Assembly (NCBI RefSeq): GCF_009914755.1
Contig: NC_060925.1
Source of the DNA: the human T2T-CHM13v2.0 reference genome, Homo sapiens
Length of the DNA stretch: 64,000 nucleotides
Strand: one strand, 5' to 3'
Part shown: positions 1 to 14,891 of the stretch, piece by piece
Position numbering within the stretch: position 1 is the stretch's first letter
Layout of the letters: each line of letters begins with the position of its first letter
The notes under the pieces: generated by a model
What the model saw: only the letters and a program-made list of their open reading frames with translations
Told to the model about the DNA's origin: nothing
Database searches by the model: none
Program-made: the position numbers and the translations under genes

Positions 1-744
1 CGTGAAAGACAATTGCAGGACAGGGGAGATTATACATCAGGTATTGGAGACAACTACAATATGCCCTTTTAATGTCTGTCTGTGGACCAAGTTTACTGTT
101 TGCATTTGTAGCCATGGGAAAGAACAGGGGAAACAAGGTGGACACAACTCTCAGGGGAAAATTGGCCCCTGGTTGCCAAAGCACAGGTGGGGGTAGTGTG
201 ATGTGATGACGTTTGCAATGGATAATTTGTATTAGTTAACAGCTCTGGGTCAAAGCTGTTTTGTCTCCATGCAAGAAGTAATGAAAAAAAAAACAATGTT
301 AGTTCCAAGGAAACATATCCTCATCCGTGAATAATTATTTGCTTTGACTCCAGGACACCTTTCATTTAAAGGTGTAAAGGCACAGAGAGGGGGAAGTGAA
401 TAATCACTAACTAACCTTTTATCACCATAGGAGAGGACATGCTCCTGGTGCTAACTATTATGAAACTTCAAAGGGAGTGATTGTCAGGTGCCCATAGTTC
501 AGATTATTTTCCTCAGCATGGGAATAAAACACTGCTGCTTCTCACTCACTACAGGTAAAATAAATAGAACTGATAATGTGTATTATATAATTCTACCAAG
601 CCTTGGAGCCAGAAAACACATTGGTTTCCTCTGTCTCTGGGGAAGGGTTTCTTATTACATTTTCTTCTAGTTGACAAGCAATTTGGGAGTATCCCTCAAT
701 TACATGGGATGCCCCAGTGTGGGACTGAGAAGAAGATTAGATTG

Positions 745-840
745 TAGGCTGCTCTATTACTTACTAACTGGGTGGTCTTGAGTATGTTATTTAATCTTCC
801 CAAACCACTGTTTACATCCATAAAACAGTGATAATCTTCA
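745..840 (+). mobile_element. MIR fragment
   Basis: Degenerate MIR core (acttactaactgggtggtcttgag...aaaacagtgataat). Confidence 0.5.
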
Positions 841-877
841 TTCCCCTGGCTACAGGAGAACGAGCTTTGATGAGGCA

Positions 878-1135
878 AAGTGGATAAGAATGGGTTCTGG
901 AGTCAGAAAGAGTTCAAAATCTAGGTTATGCTTCTTACCGATTGAGTGAAATGGGGCAAAGTCACCTAACCTCTAAGCCTTAGTTTCTCCATCTGTAAAA
1001 TAAAGTAATAGAAATAGAAACAAAACAGAAACACAAGATAGAAACAATGTTGTATTATTTTAAAGATTAAATGCTAAAAAACACTTAACACAGTGCTGGC
1101 AATAAATAAGCACTCAATAGTTTGCTATTATTATC
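878..1135 (+). mobile_element. MIR SINE
   Basis: ctggagtcaga...gggcaaagtcacctaacctctaagccttagtttctccatctgtaaaat...cactcaata matches the MIR core and 3' end. Confidence 0.8.
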
Positions 1136-1143
1136 AGCTGCCC

Positions 1144-2041
1144 TGTGGTAGACAGAATTCTAAAACAGCCCCTATATTCCTACTCGTGATGCACATGCCC
1201 TGTATAGTTCTATTCAGTGTGAATGGAACCTGTGAATATAATGACATATTACTCTTGTGAGGAAAATTATCTTGGGTTGACTTGACCTTTCAGGTGAGTC
1301 TTTCTTCTTCTTCTTTTTTTTTTTTTTTTTTTGAGACGGAATCTCACTCTGTTTCCCAGGCTGGAGTACAGTGGTCTGCAACCTCTGCCTCTCGGGTTCA
1401 AGTGATTCTCCTGCCTCAGCCTCCTGAGTAGCTGGGATTACAGGCACCTGCCACCATGCCCGGCTAATTTTTGTATTCTTTGTAGAGATGAGGTTTCACC
1501 ATGTTGGTCAGGCTGGTCTGGAACTCCTGACCTCAGATGATCCACCTGCCTCAGCCTCCCAAAGTGCTGGGATTACGGCGTAAGCCACTGCGTCCAGCCT
1601 CAGGTGAGTCTTTTAAAAGCAGAGAGCTTTCTTCACTTGGTGCTGGGAAGAAGTCAGAGAGGTGCACTCTCACTAGCCTGGAGAAAATCAAACATCCCTG
1701 CCATGGCAGCCTATGGGGACTACGTGGCATGGAATGTCAGTGGTCTCTGTGAGCCGAGCATAGTCCCCAGCAGGCAGCTAGCAGGCAAAGGGGAACTCAT
1801 TCCTACAACCCCAAATAATTGAATTTTGCCAATAACCTGAATGAGCTTGGTAGAGGACCTCCAGTCTCAGATAAGAACTACAGCATAGCTGATATCTTGA
1901 TTGCAGCCTTGTGAGACCCTGAGCGGAGGAGTCAGCTAACCTGTGCTCAGACTCCTGATCCACGGAACTGGAAGGTAATAAATGTCTTGTTTTAATTCAC
2001 TGTAGGTGGTAATTTGTTTGAAGCAATAGAAGACTAATACA
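1144..2041 (+). mobile_element. MaLR solo LTR (MLT1E/F-like), interrupted by an Alu
   Basis: Starts tgtggtagacagaattctaaa, ends gcaatagaagactaataca; aataaa near the 3' end. Confidence 0.8.
1304..1599 (-). mobile_element. AluS (Sx/Sq-like)
   Basis: Poly-T then antisense Alu; 14-bp TSD tcaggtgagtcttt at 1290-1303 and 1600-1613; small internal deletion. Confidence 0.95.
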
Positions 2042-2439
2042 CTATTCAGAGTTAATCAACATTGTTTCTGTGGCTCTTGCTGGGTCCATTTCTGTTCCTA
2101 ATTGCTGTTGTCTAATGCAATACTTGGTTGCATAAATCATGACAGTGCAAGAATGACAAGAGGTGCTGTTCTCCAACACAACCCCTTTAGATTGTCAATA
2201 CTCTGTCCGACTGTCTTCTCCTGCTAATGGGCTGGTGATGATCATGGGGGAGGAGAGGTTTATAGACCTTTGTGGCTTCAGAAAGGAATAAAAATATCGT
2301 CGGGGCTGAGTCTTTCCTGGAAGATGCAACTCGTTATGCAAAAGCCCTTTCTTCATAGTTGTTTCCTGTTTGACACTACAAATCTCTCAATTTCAAAGGG
2401 CTTATATGAACTTCAGGCCAAACTTAGCCAGATGATCTG

Positions 2440-2990
2440 TTGAATAGCTTTAGGTCTTCACTGAGCTTGCAGTATATTGGAAAAAGGAGACATCAAACAA
2501 GTAATTGCACAAACCCAGAATTATCAACTGCATTGTGTGCCTTAAACAGAAAGCACAGACTCTCAGAGAAACTTGAGCCTGTGGATTCAGGGGAAACTTT
2601 TCTGCATAAGAATGGAAGGATGAGTAGGAGTTGACTAGGCCGAGGGATGATTAAGAGTACATCTCCCAGGAAGAGGGGATGGCTTGTGAAAAGGCCCTGA
2701 GGCAGGAAGAGGCATGACTATTTCAGGAAACCTGAAGACTGGAGAACGAGCAAAGAGAGTGAGGAGAAGAGACTGTGGGGCCATGCTAAGGATTTTGGTC
2801 TCTCCGGTTTGCCCTTTCAGAAAATCATCCAGGTTGCAATGGAGAAAAAGAAATTGTAGGGAGCAAGGACTGATGGCAGGAATACTAGTTAGGAGGTAAT
2901 TGCAACCATGCAGACAGGAGCTCATGGCAGCTATGACTAGGATCATGGTGGTGGAGACGGAGAGAAGTTATATAGATCAAGCAGATATAA
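2440..2990 (-). mobile_element. L2 fragment
   Basis: Purine-rich antisense L2 motifs (aaaggccctgaggcaggaag, ttaggaggtaattgcaa). Confidence 0.6.
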
Positions 2991-3074
2991 TGTTTTATTT
3001 TTGCTTTTACCAATTTTTTTAAAATTGAGGAAAACATTTTCTCATCACTTCTACTATTCTGTGGAGAATTCACA

Positions 3075-4550
3075 TTCATTCACATATTTATTCAACAAAT
3101 ACGTACTGTGTGTCTTTTATGTGCCAGATACCATTTTGGGCATAGGAATATAATCTTGAATAAAATAGTCAAAAAATCTCTGCTCCCAAGGAGTTTACAA
3201 GGGAGTTAGACAACAAACAAGGAAAAAAATATATATATATGTGACAGCAATAAATGCTGAAAAGAAAGTTGAAAGTTGACAAGGGGGAATATTAAGTGTT
3301 CAAAGAAGGTTGCATTATATGTTATGTCCTGACAAGATCTCACTAAGATGATGACATTTGAGAAAAGATTTGAAGTTGGTTAGGGATCAAGGCATGCAGC
3401 TATTGGAGGTAGGAAGACTGAGAGGAAGTATTCTAGTCAGAGGGAACAGCCAGTGCAAAGACTCTGAGGTAGAGAGGTGACTGGCATTTTCCAGAAGGCT
3501 GGAGAATAATGGGCAAAGTAACGCATCAGTCATCAATTTCGCAATAATGCTGAGTAACAAGCAAACTCAAAATTTCAGTGGTATACAGTAATAAGCATTT
3601 AGGTTTTCCCCTCAGTCTCAAGATCAGCTAGATGGTTTTGCTGATCTGAGCTGATCTTGGTGGGGCTTACTCATGCTTTCACAGTCAGCTGCAAGCCAGC
3701 ACAGCTTTGCTGATCTTATCTGAGCTCTCTTACATATCTGAGAGTTTTGACAAGATGACTGGGTTGATTTAGGTCTGCTTCCATATCTCTGTTTCTCATA
3801 TCCTCCAGTAGCAAAAGAGAGTCAGAGAGAGAAAGGGAGGGAGAGAGGCTAGAGAGAGAGAGAGAGAGAGAGAGAGAACACACATAAGCCCTCTTAAGGC
3901 CTAAGTTCAGAATGGAGACTGTCACTTCTGCCACATTCTATTGGCCAAAGCAATTGATAAGACAAGTTTAGTTTCAAGGGATGGAGAAATAAACTCCACT
4001 TCATAGGAAGAGCTTCAGAGTCACATTGCAAAAGGTGTGAATATAGTGAAGGGTGGAGAATTAGGACCAGATTTGCCATCAGTCTGCCACATTGAGTTAG
4101 TAGGAGATACAGTCAGAGAGATAATGGGGATCTAGAAAATGTGGGGCCTTGTAGGCCAGGGTAAGACCTTTGGCTTTTACTCTAAGATGAGAAGCCATTG
4201 GAGAGTTTCCAGGAGAGGAGCAACACAATCCTACTCTATTTTAATGAAATCACCCTGGCTGTCAGATTACGAATAGACTGAAGTGGGGCAGGAGACCAGT
4301 GAAAAAGACATTCCAGTGATCCAGGCAAGAAATGAGGGTGGCTGGGCCAGGAAACATAGTTAATAGAAGTGCTGAAAACTAGTCAGATTCTAGACATATT
4401 TTGAAGGTGGAGTTGTCAGGATTTGCTTACAATGCAAATGTAGGATGTTAGAGTAAAAGAGGAGAAATTTTGGAAAGAGCAACTAGAAAAGCTGTGTTGC
4501 AATGTACTGAGATGATTAAAGCTATGGGAGGAGGAGGCTGCAGGGGGAAA
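3075..4550 (-). mobile_element. L2a, interrupted by an MLT1 LTR at ~3525-4091
   Basis: cattcattc...ttcaacaaata antisense 3' end; continues after the LTR (gagaagccattggagagttt, gtcagattctagacatattttgaagg). Confidence 0.75.
3525..4091 (-). mobile_element. MaLR LTR (MLT1G/H-like) with internal (GA)n at ~3825-3876
   Basis: ctgagtaacaagcaaactcaaaatttcagtgg...ctgtcacttctgccacattctattggcc...tctgccaca. Confidence 0.75.
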
Positions 4551-5292
4551 TATTCTTGAAAAATCCCCAACTACTTGCCAGTTTTTTACTATCTTTGAAT
4601 GCCATCAACTTGACAGGAAGATTTGACTGAAGTCAGCCAGGGACTCTCCCACAGTCCTTTCTACCAGCTTAGACTTGGGTTCTCACAGATCCAGAGATAA
4701 CCTCCACTGTAACATACTGCGCAGCCTGCTTCATGTGTACAGCCAGCATCCTTGTCATTAGCTGTGACATCAGCTCCGACTGGTTGCAGCACCCACTCTT
4801 GTTTCATCATCCATTCTGATTGGTCAGAACCTTATTTAATTATTGTTCTCCATAGCAGAGCCAAAAGAAACACAATGTGAATGGAAGTGCCCCTCTTTCT
4901 AAAAGGCAAAGACCACGTCTTATCCAACTTTGCACTTCTAGATAAAAGAAAGTGAATAAGTCTACTTAGATTCTCTCCATTCATAGCAAAAGCATCTCAA
5001 GTTGCATACTCTACTAAGGACTGATGTAACATTTTTTTACTCTGAAGAAAAGGTGCATTGAAAGATAAAAATGATTCCAGGCATGATTATTATAATTCAC
5101 CAAATATTCTGTGCAGAATTTTTAAAAAATCCCTGTATTTGAATAGGTAAGGTAAAAGTTAACTATTGAAAAGGAGGAATATTTGTGTTCCTTTTGACTC
5201 CTTAAATTCTCATCTTGGCTCATGGAGGAGGGGATTGACACCAAAATTTCAGTCCTATCTTAACATGAGAGGAAGTGCAGGGAGGGAGGCTC

Positions 5293-6308
5293 TGTTACAG
5301 TAGGTAGCTAGTCAGACATAAGCATGGCAGGAAAGGACTCCCCTTGCCCCACCAGGAAAGTCAGGCGACCATCAGGTGATGGTTAGGTGGTTGTTACAAT
5401 ATTTCTCTAAACATAACATTAATAATTGGTTGTAGCCAGCCCAGGGAAAGGCAGTCTCCCAATAGATAGAAAACACCTGAAACCGGTGATCAGCAGCTTC
5501 CTGATAAGATATCAGGAGTTGGGCGGGTAGGCTCTAGCATGTGCACTAAGGCAAAATGGCGCAACTTAACTGGTATATGACCTTCTAAGGACATGCAACT
5601 GGTAAGGGAAGAACGCCTCAAGTGAGCATGTGTACAACTCCAGTACAAACACTGCGCATGCTCCCCTCCCAGATGCTAGCAGGCTGTTGCACATACGGAC
5701 AGCCCCTCCCAAGGGAAGAATCCGGGAGAAGGAATGCAAGACCCTGGGAGCATGCCAACATATAAAACCCTAAGTCAAAAGGTCCAACTGTGCACTTGAT
5801 CTCTCAGTTCGCCCCCTTGGGCCTCTTCCAAGTGTACTTTACTTCCTTTCGTTCATGCTCTAAAGCTTCTTCTTTTTTTTTTTTTTTTTTTGAGACGGAA
5901 TCTCACTCTGTTGCCCAGGCTGGAGTGCAGTGGCGTGATCTCGGCTCACTGCAAGCTCCGCCTCCGGGTTCACGCCATTCTCCTGCCTCAGCCTCCCGAG
6001 TAACTGGGACTACAGGCGCCCGCCATCATGCCCGGTTAATTTTTTGTATTTTTAGTAGAGACAGGGTTTCACAGTGTTAGCTAGGATGGTCTCCATCTCC
6101 TGACCTCATGATCCGCCCACCTCGGCCTTCCAAAGTGCTGGGATTACAGGCGTGAGCCACCGTGCCCGGCCTAAAGCTTTTTAATAAACCTTCACTCCTG
6201 CTCTAAAACTTGCTTCAGTGTTTCCCTCTGCCTTATACCCCTCTGTGGAGTTCTTTCTTCTGGGGAGTCAAGAAGTGAGGCTGCTACAGACCCATATGGA
6301 TTTGTCTG
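5293..6308 (+). mobile_element. ERV1 solo LTR, MER50-like, interrupted by AluY
   Basis: tgttacagtaggtagctagtcagacat...caggcgaccatcaggtgatgg; TATAAAA 5761-5767; AATAAA ~6183; clearly homologous to 30446-31196. Confidence 0.85.
5869..6171 (-). mobile_element. AluY
   Basis: AluY diagnostics (gcaagctccgcc, ttcacgccattctc); TSD taaagctt on both sides. Confidence 0.95.
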
Positions 6309-6317
6309 CCTCCCTCA

Positions 6318-6640
<323 letters not shown>

Positions 6641-7487
6641 AAATGGCAAGTCTGATTGGCAAATGTGTAATATTTACTAGGACATGCTTTATTAATGGGT
6701 AGGAATTGACTCTGCAGAGTGAAACCAGCCCAACGCATTCCCTTCACTGGGAGCATGCTGCCAAGGTGTGGGCCTTCACTCTGTCCCATTGCGGTTCATT
6801 TATGAAGCAGCCTTAGTCCTTGCAACTGGCTATAGCTGGTGAATTTGGGTGGGCTCTGCGTACCTAACTCTTCTCTCAGATACATGAGGTGAGCAGTTCC
6901 CAAAGTCTAGTTTGGGTGAAGAGTAGGAGGCCTCATTTGACCTCAGCCATGCTCTCTTGCATGCAGAATCACTTGGCCAGTGCCCCATCTAGCTCCCTTG
7001 TGTGAGCTCCCCATCAGTCAGAGATGACAGGGATGAGTCATCTCTGAAGAACTTGAAGCCCTAACATCAGCATCAAGCCCAACTGAGATATTTAAAGAAC
7101 TAGGATTTTCTCTCATGTTAATCCTCAGCATAATCTCCCTTCTCCTTTTTTTTTTCTGCTTCTAGAATAGTCCTTCTTTATCCCTTTATTTCCTTTTCTG
7201 AGGCATATTTAATAGAATGTGAAATTGCATATTTATTAATGATGGCTTTTTTGGTTTCAAGTAACAGAAACACACTTGAGCTCTCCAAAAGCAAAGAGAT
7301 ATAATTTAGTTTAAGAAATAGGCCTGTCTCAAAACTCAAGGGCAAATAAATAGCTGAACTTCAGAAATAAATCAGAGCCTCCAGCGTAGTCAGGACCCAC
7401 CCTCCCATCTCTAGGGTAGGTGACCACACATGCCAGTATGTGCCGGCCTATCCTTGTTGACATCTGTCACCCTGCCCCTTTCACTTT

Positions 7488-8247
7488 TGTGTCAGTCTTT
7501 GTCCATGAGGGGGCAGAAACCACAGTGACTTAAACAGAGAAAGTTTAATATAAATTTTTTAAAATTATGTTAAAAGAGCAATTATAATATATAAGATAAC
7601 TCTATGTGGTACCCTAAGGCTGAGTACCCAAGAGAGTACCCAAGGAGGGATGAACATAAAACATAAAACAGGATGAACATAAAACAGGATGAGCCCTTCC
7701 CCAAGGCTCAGATTGCAACCACTGGATGGCAGAGAAGTTTGCTGATTTGCCCAGGCCAGAGCTGGTCTGCAGCCACTGGGCAAGCAGGAAGCAACCCTCT
7801 GGGGCACAGGTGGCACATTACAAAAACTGCAGCCAATGGCTTGGCACGTGAGCATGCAGAGGGAGTAGGGACACCATTGCAGACAAGGAGGTCTGGAGCC
7901 TGCAGTGTCTGTGGTAAGAAGGCCATGGGAAAGTGGGCATTAGGCCAGGACAGAGCTGCAAGGACATCAAGGAATCATGAGTTCTGGGCCTGTGGCTGGA
8001 ATTAGAACACCACTGATGTTCCCACACCCACACTGCTGCCTGATGGTGCAGCCACCACTAACACCAGGAAGGCTCCTTTCTCCTGTAATGTCCCATCAGG
8101 GCCCTCTACTGAGAAAGCTTCACATGGTGAATGATCAAATCATTTTTTCTCTGTAAAGAAGAAATGCCCAATGGAATTCCGTCCATTATTGCAGAGCAGG
8201 TATTGAAGGGTGAATTTGAATCTGAAAGTCAGTAAATTATTAGCACA
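7488..8247 (-). mobile_element. Old LTR (LTR78-like)
   Basis: tgtgtcagtc...gcagaaaccaca...tttaatataaa start; gcagagcaggtattgaagggtgaatttg...gcaca end. Confidence 0.55.
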
Positions 8248-8283
8248 ACTCTCAACAGTACCCTGGTAAGAATGATTAATTCC

Positions 8284-8520
8284 CAGAAGAGTGAAATCCA
8301 TAGGGAAAGGAAATAGAATAATAGTTGCCAGGAGCTGTGGGGCTGTGGGAATGGAGTTACCCGTTAATGCTTATAGAGTTTCAGTTTGGGAAAAGGAAGA
8401 CATTTTGGAGATAGACTGTAGTGATGGTTGCACAAAAACGTGAACATAATGCCACTGAATTGCATGCTCAAAAAGGGTTAAATTGTAAATTTTATATTTG
8501 GTGTATTTTACCACAATTTT
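8284..8520 (+). mobile_element. L1M (L1MB/MA-like) 3' end
   Basis: gttgccagg...agagtttcagtttggg...gtgatggttgcacaa...tattttaccacaat; degenerate TSD aagaatgattaattcc / aaaaatgatgaattcc. Confidence 0.8.
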
Positions 8521-8681
8521 AAAAATGATGAATTCCTGGTCACTCTATTCATCTCTCATCTCTGCTCTTCTCTGAACATCTACTTCCTTTTTCATTTCCG
8601 TTTCTTAGACCACACACTAAAAAATACAGCCACCAACAGCTCCTGGAGTTACCTCTCCTTTGCTTAAGAAACCAGACGGAT

Positions 8682-9193
<512 letters not shown>

Positions 9194-9764
9194 TTAATGA
9201 CTCCTCTCCCCTCCAGTCTTCCAACTAAATAAAGAAGCCAGGAAAAAGTGAATATTAAAAAATTCACATTAAGAGTGAAACCAATAGTAAAAATCATGTC
9301 AGATCAGTCCATTTTTTTTCTTCTCTCCACCTATGTTAGTAGTATGAATCAGTAAGAGAGGCATATGGCAGAATAATCAGAATTATTTATCAAGCTAATT
9401 AACCATAGATTGTTTCCTAAGTAGTCACAAAATGGCAGAAATCTTTATATATATAGGGAGACATAGTACTTGTATTAAGATAATTAAAAATTATTTGTGA
9501 TTGTTACTGTGATTATCATTTTTTTATCTTTGCTAGCACAACTCCTCAAACTGATATATATTCCCATCAGGTGCTTTAGAGAAGCACTGGCCTTTCTCTT
9601 GACAGGCAGTGTGCATTTTGGCAACAGATTTTGAATGGAAAAAATACAAGCTTTTCCCAAGCCCTAAACACAGAATATGCCATCTATTAGTTTGGATTTC
9701 TTCCTTAACGATCACTGTACCAATATGTGGTGGTTTTTCTAAGGAGAAATCGATCCAAATCTTT

Positions 9765-9950
9765 CTTTGGACTCAGAATCCAAGAAGCCTGAGTTTTATC
9801 CCTGGCTTGGTCACAGATGCACTGAAAATGGGCAAGTTACTTCCGTCTTTGTCTGAATTTCTCCATCTGGCAAATGTAGATTCTGACACTCACCATCAGA
9901 TAATGTTTGCAAAATGTTTGATGGTCCTTGCTGGTAGGCAGTATGTAATT
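9765..9950 (+). mobile_element. MIR fragment
   Basis: gggcaagttactt...tttctccatctggcaaatg. Confidence 0.5.
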
Positions 9951-10979
9951 GCAAACTGTTGGTTCATTTTTTTTCTGTCCTAAAAATTCTTCTCTTTCTT
10001 GAGAAACTATTTTTAAATTAAAAATATCACTTTTAAAGTATGAGCACACAGTAATAAAAATTCAGTTGGTACTGGAGAGTAATTTTTAAAAAAGTAAAGG
10101 TTTTACTCTTTGGCATTCCCCAGAGGTAATAGCTTAAAATTTTTCTATTTTGAATCTTTCTAAGGCCAACCTCTACAATAATAACATTATTCCTTTACTT
10201 TTTATATATCAACTTCAAAGTATGTCTGATTGCTGGACCCCCTTGTGAAAGATGAAGCTCTTGGCTCATTTATACTTCCCCTTCAACAGCAACTTCCAGA
10301 TATATTTTGTTTTTGTTATTCTTTTAGACACTTCTATAGCTTTATACAATATGTTCATCTTTCAATTTCTTTTAAAAGACTTATTTTTAATTATGGGTAC
10401 ATAATAGTTGTATATATTTGTGCATGTGATATTTTGATACAAGTATCCAATCTGTCATGATCAAATCATGGTAATTGAAGTATTCATCACCTCAAGCCTT
10501 TATCATTTCTTTGTGTAAGGAACATTCCAATTCTACTCTTTTAGTTATTTAAAAATATGCAGTAAGTTATTGTTGACTGTAGTCACCTTATTTTGCTACC
10601 AAATACTAGATCTTATTCATTCTAACTATATTATTGTACTTGTTAACCATCCTTTCTTTACCTCCCCCTCCTCCACACTACCCTTCCCAGCCTCTGGCAA
10701 CCATCATTCCACTCTCTATTTCTGTGAGTTTATTTATTTATTTATAGCTCCCACATGTGAGTGAGAACATGCAATATTTGTCTTTCTGTGTCTGGCTTAT
10801 TTCACTTAACACAACATCCTCCAGTTCCATTCATGTTGTTGCAAATGACAGGATTTCATTCGTTTTATTGCTGAATAATATTCTAATGTATATATTCCCC
10901 ACCTTTTCTTTTTCCATTTATCCATTGATGAACACAGTTTGCCTCCAAATCTTGGCAATTGTAAACAGTGCTGCAATAA

Positions 10980-11374
<395 letters not shown>

Positions 11375-13165
11375 TATGGTAGCTGTATTTTTAGTTCTTT
11401 TTGAGAAACCTCCATACTGTTCTCCATGGCTATACTAATTTACATTCCCACAATAGTGTTCCAGGGTTCTCCTTTCTCAGTATCCTCACCAGCATTTGTT
11501 ATTGCCTGTCTTTTGGATAAAAGCCATCTTAACTGGAGTGAAATGATATCTCATTGTAGTTTTACTTTGCATTTCTCTGATGATTAATGATGTTGAGCAT
11601 TTTTCATATTCCTATCAGCCATTTTTATGTATTTTTTAAAGAAATGTGTATTTAGATAGTTTGCCCATTTTAAAATCAGATTATGTTTTTTTTTTTCCTA
11701 TTGTTGTTTGGGCTTCTTATATATTCTGGTTATCAATCCCTTATCAGATGGGTAGGTTGCAAATATTTTCTCCCATTTTGTGGGTTGTCTCCTACCTGTG
11801 TTGATTGTTTCCTTCGCAGTGCAGAAGTTTTTTAACTTGATATGATCCCATTTGTCCATTTCTGCTTTTATCACCTGTGCTTCTGAGGTCTCACTCAAGA
11901 AATCTTTGTCCAGACCAATGTCCTGGAGTGCTTCCCTAATGTTTCCCTCTATTAGTTGTATAGTTTTAGTCTTAGAATTAATTATATAGTCCATTTTGAT
12001 TTCTATTTTTGTATATGGCAAGAGATAGGAGTCTAGTATGGTGAGAGATAGGAGTCTAGTTTCATTCTTCTGCATATGGATCTCCAGTTTCCCCAGCACC
12101 ATTTATTGAAGAGACTGTCTTTTCTCCAATGTACATTCTTGGCACCTTTGTAAAATATGAATTGACTGTAAATGTGTGGACTTATTTCTGGTTCTCTATT
12201 CTTTTCCATTGCCCTATATGTCTGTTTTTAAGTCAGCACCATGCTATTTAGGTTACTATAGCTCTGTAGTATAATTTGAAGTCAGGTAATGTGATTCCTC
12301 CAGTTTTGTTCTCTTTGCTCAGGATGGCTTTGGCTATTCTGGGTCTTTTTTGGTTCCATATAAATTTTAGATGTTTTTTCTATTTCTATGAAGAATGTCA
12401 TTGGTATTTTGGTAGGGATTGCATTGAATCTGTAGATTGTTTAGGGTACTAGAGACATTTTAACTAAATTGAGTCTTCCAATCCATGAATGTAGAATATC
12501 TTCATTTTGGGTTGTCTTTTTCAATTTCTTTCATCAATGTTTCATAGTTTTCATTGTAGAGATTACTTCTTTGGTTGACTTTATTCTTGGTATTTTATTT
12601 TATTCGTAGCTATTGTAAATGAGATTACTTTCCTGGTTTCTTTTTCAGATTCTTTTCTGTGGGCATATAGAAATGCTACTGATTTTTGCATGTTGATTTT
12701 TTTATCCTGCAACTTTACTGAATTTGTTTATAGGTTCTAACTGTTTTCTGGCAGAGTCTTTAGGTTTTTCTAAATATGATTTTATATCGTCTGCAAAGAA
12801 GGATAATTTGACTTCTTCCTTTCCAATTTGGAGGCCGTTTATTTCTTTCTTTTGTCTAATTGCTTTGGCTAGGACTTCCAGTACTATGTTAAATAGGAAT
12901 GGAGAAAGTGGGCATTCTCATCTTGTTACAGATCTTAGATGAAAGGCTTTCATTTTTTCCCCATTAAATATAATACTAGCTATGGGTTTGTCATATACGG
13001 CTTTTATCATGTTGAGGTATGTTCCTTCTATACTCAGTTTTTTAAGAGTTTTTGTCATAAAGGATGTTGATGTTGAATCTTATCAAATGCTTTTTTGGAA
13101 TCAATTGAAATGATCCTATGGTTTTTGTCCTTCATTTTGTTGATATTATTTATCACATTTATTGA

Positions 13166-13524
<359 letters not shown>

Positions 13525-13944
13525 TGTGATGAATGGTATTTTTAATGTATTACTGAATTTGGTTTGGTAGCATTTTGTTGAAGATTTTTGTATCTGTGTT
13601 CATCAGAGATACTGGCCTGCAGTTCTCATTTTCAACTTTCCATTTCTTGATTCATTGATTTTAGCCAGTACCTCTTGACTTGCCTCTAAGACAATGAAGG
13701 ATTTAACAGCCCTACCTTCCTGTCTCTGTCTCCTCCCCTAATGGCTATTCCCAATGTCACAGCTTCAGTTCATCACATAGTTAATTTTACATTGCCAAAA
13801 TTTATAGAAGTTATACTTTCCTATATAATTATACTTTCTTTTTCTGTGTTTTGGCTGTTTGTTAAGTCTAAAAGTAGTCAGAATTTATATTTTATTTAAA
13901 AGAATATTACTATACACTGTATAATCAATTCCATTCAATTCCAA

Positions 13945-14060
13945 TAAAAATATTTGTTTATTACATACTTTGGGCCAGACACTCTTCTAAGTGCTAAGGA
14001 TACATCACTGAGTACAACAGGTGAACATCCTGCCTTTAAAGAGTTTACATTTTAATGTAT
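13945..14060 (-). mobile_element. L2 3' fragment
   Basis: gccagacactcttctaagtgctaaggataca...cctgcctttaaagagtttacattt. Confidence 0.6.
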
Positions 14061-14891
14061 GGTTAGACTCATAGAAAACATGATGCAACTCTATGTCATT
14101 TAACCAGTGCCAATAGAAAAATAAATGAACATACTTAAATTGGGAGAAGGAGAGAGGAAGTAGAGAAAACAGGGTGCTGAATTTTTATAATATATTATTA
14201 GATATGCCTTTACTTTCTGTCTATGATAACCCAGAATCCTCAGCATTTTAGAAGAAATGTATTTCTTTTTCTTAAAGATATTCTTTCCAAGGCCTCCTGA
14301 CTTGCCGATCTAATTTGCTGTTTTCAATTTCATCCTGCTGAAGGATTCTTTGTTTAGTTTATTGTAGGGGTTTTCTTGCTTTTGCTTTTCCCGGTTTTAT
14401 TTTGTATTGAATGGCTAGGTTGGTTGCTTTTATAATTCCAGGTCTTTCTCTTTTATTTATACTGCTGGAATAAATTCTCAAACAATTATTTCAAGAAGTA
14501 TCATATATTCAGATAAGGACTTTATTTTCACCATTTCATTATCCCATTTGGTCGATAGTTTTTGCTGGGAATAGAATTATTTATTAAAAATCCATTTCTA
14601 TCAGAACTCTGAAGGTATTCTCTCACACCCTGAAGAAAAGATCAGATGCCAACCTGAGTTTTGCTCCCCTGAGGCTATCCTGCCCTCCTATCAACCCATA
14701 AGTATTACATATTCTTTTCTTTAGCCTTGGCAAAAGAAATTTTACAAGGATATATTTAAGTGTGGGTCTTTTTATAAAACTAATTTTGCTGGGTATATTA
14801 TAGTTGCCCCCTCTCATGAGACTTGCCTGTCTTCAGCTATGGAAAAATCCCCTTTATTCTATTTATTTATTTATCTATTTATTTAACTTTT

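Larger units (their letters stand above)
7411..8547. mobile_element. MER94-like hAT-Blackjack MITE, split by an LTR and an L1 fragment
   Basis: TIR-like taggtgacc ... ggtcactcta; internal pieces gcccctttcact and actctcaacagtaccctgg. Confidence 0.55.

Noticed and set aside
12013-12060. ~23-bp tandem duplication (agagataggagtctagt)
   Set aside because: Ordinary slippage inside a dead L1.
11698-12102. 134-aa ORF with real protein-like sequence
   Set aside because: Decayed L1 ORF2p C-terminal fragment inside a frameshifted, Alu-interrupted L1.
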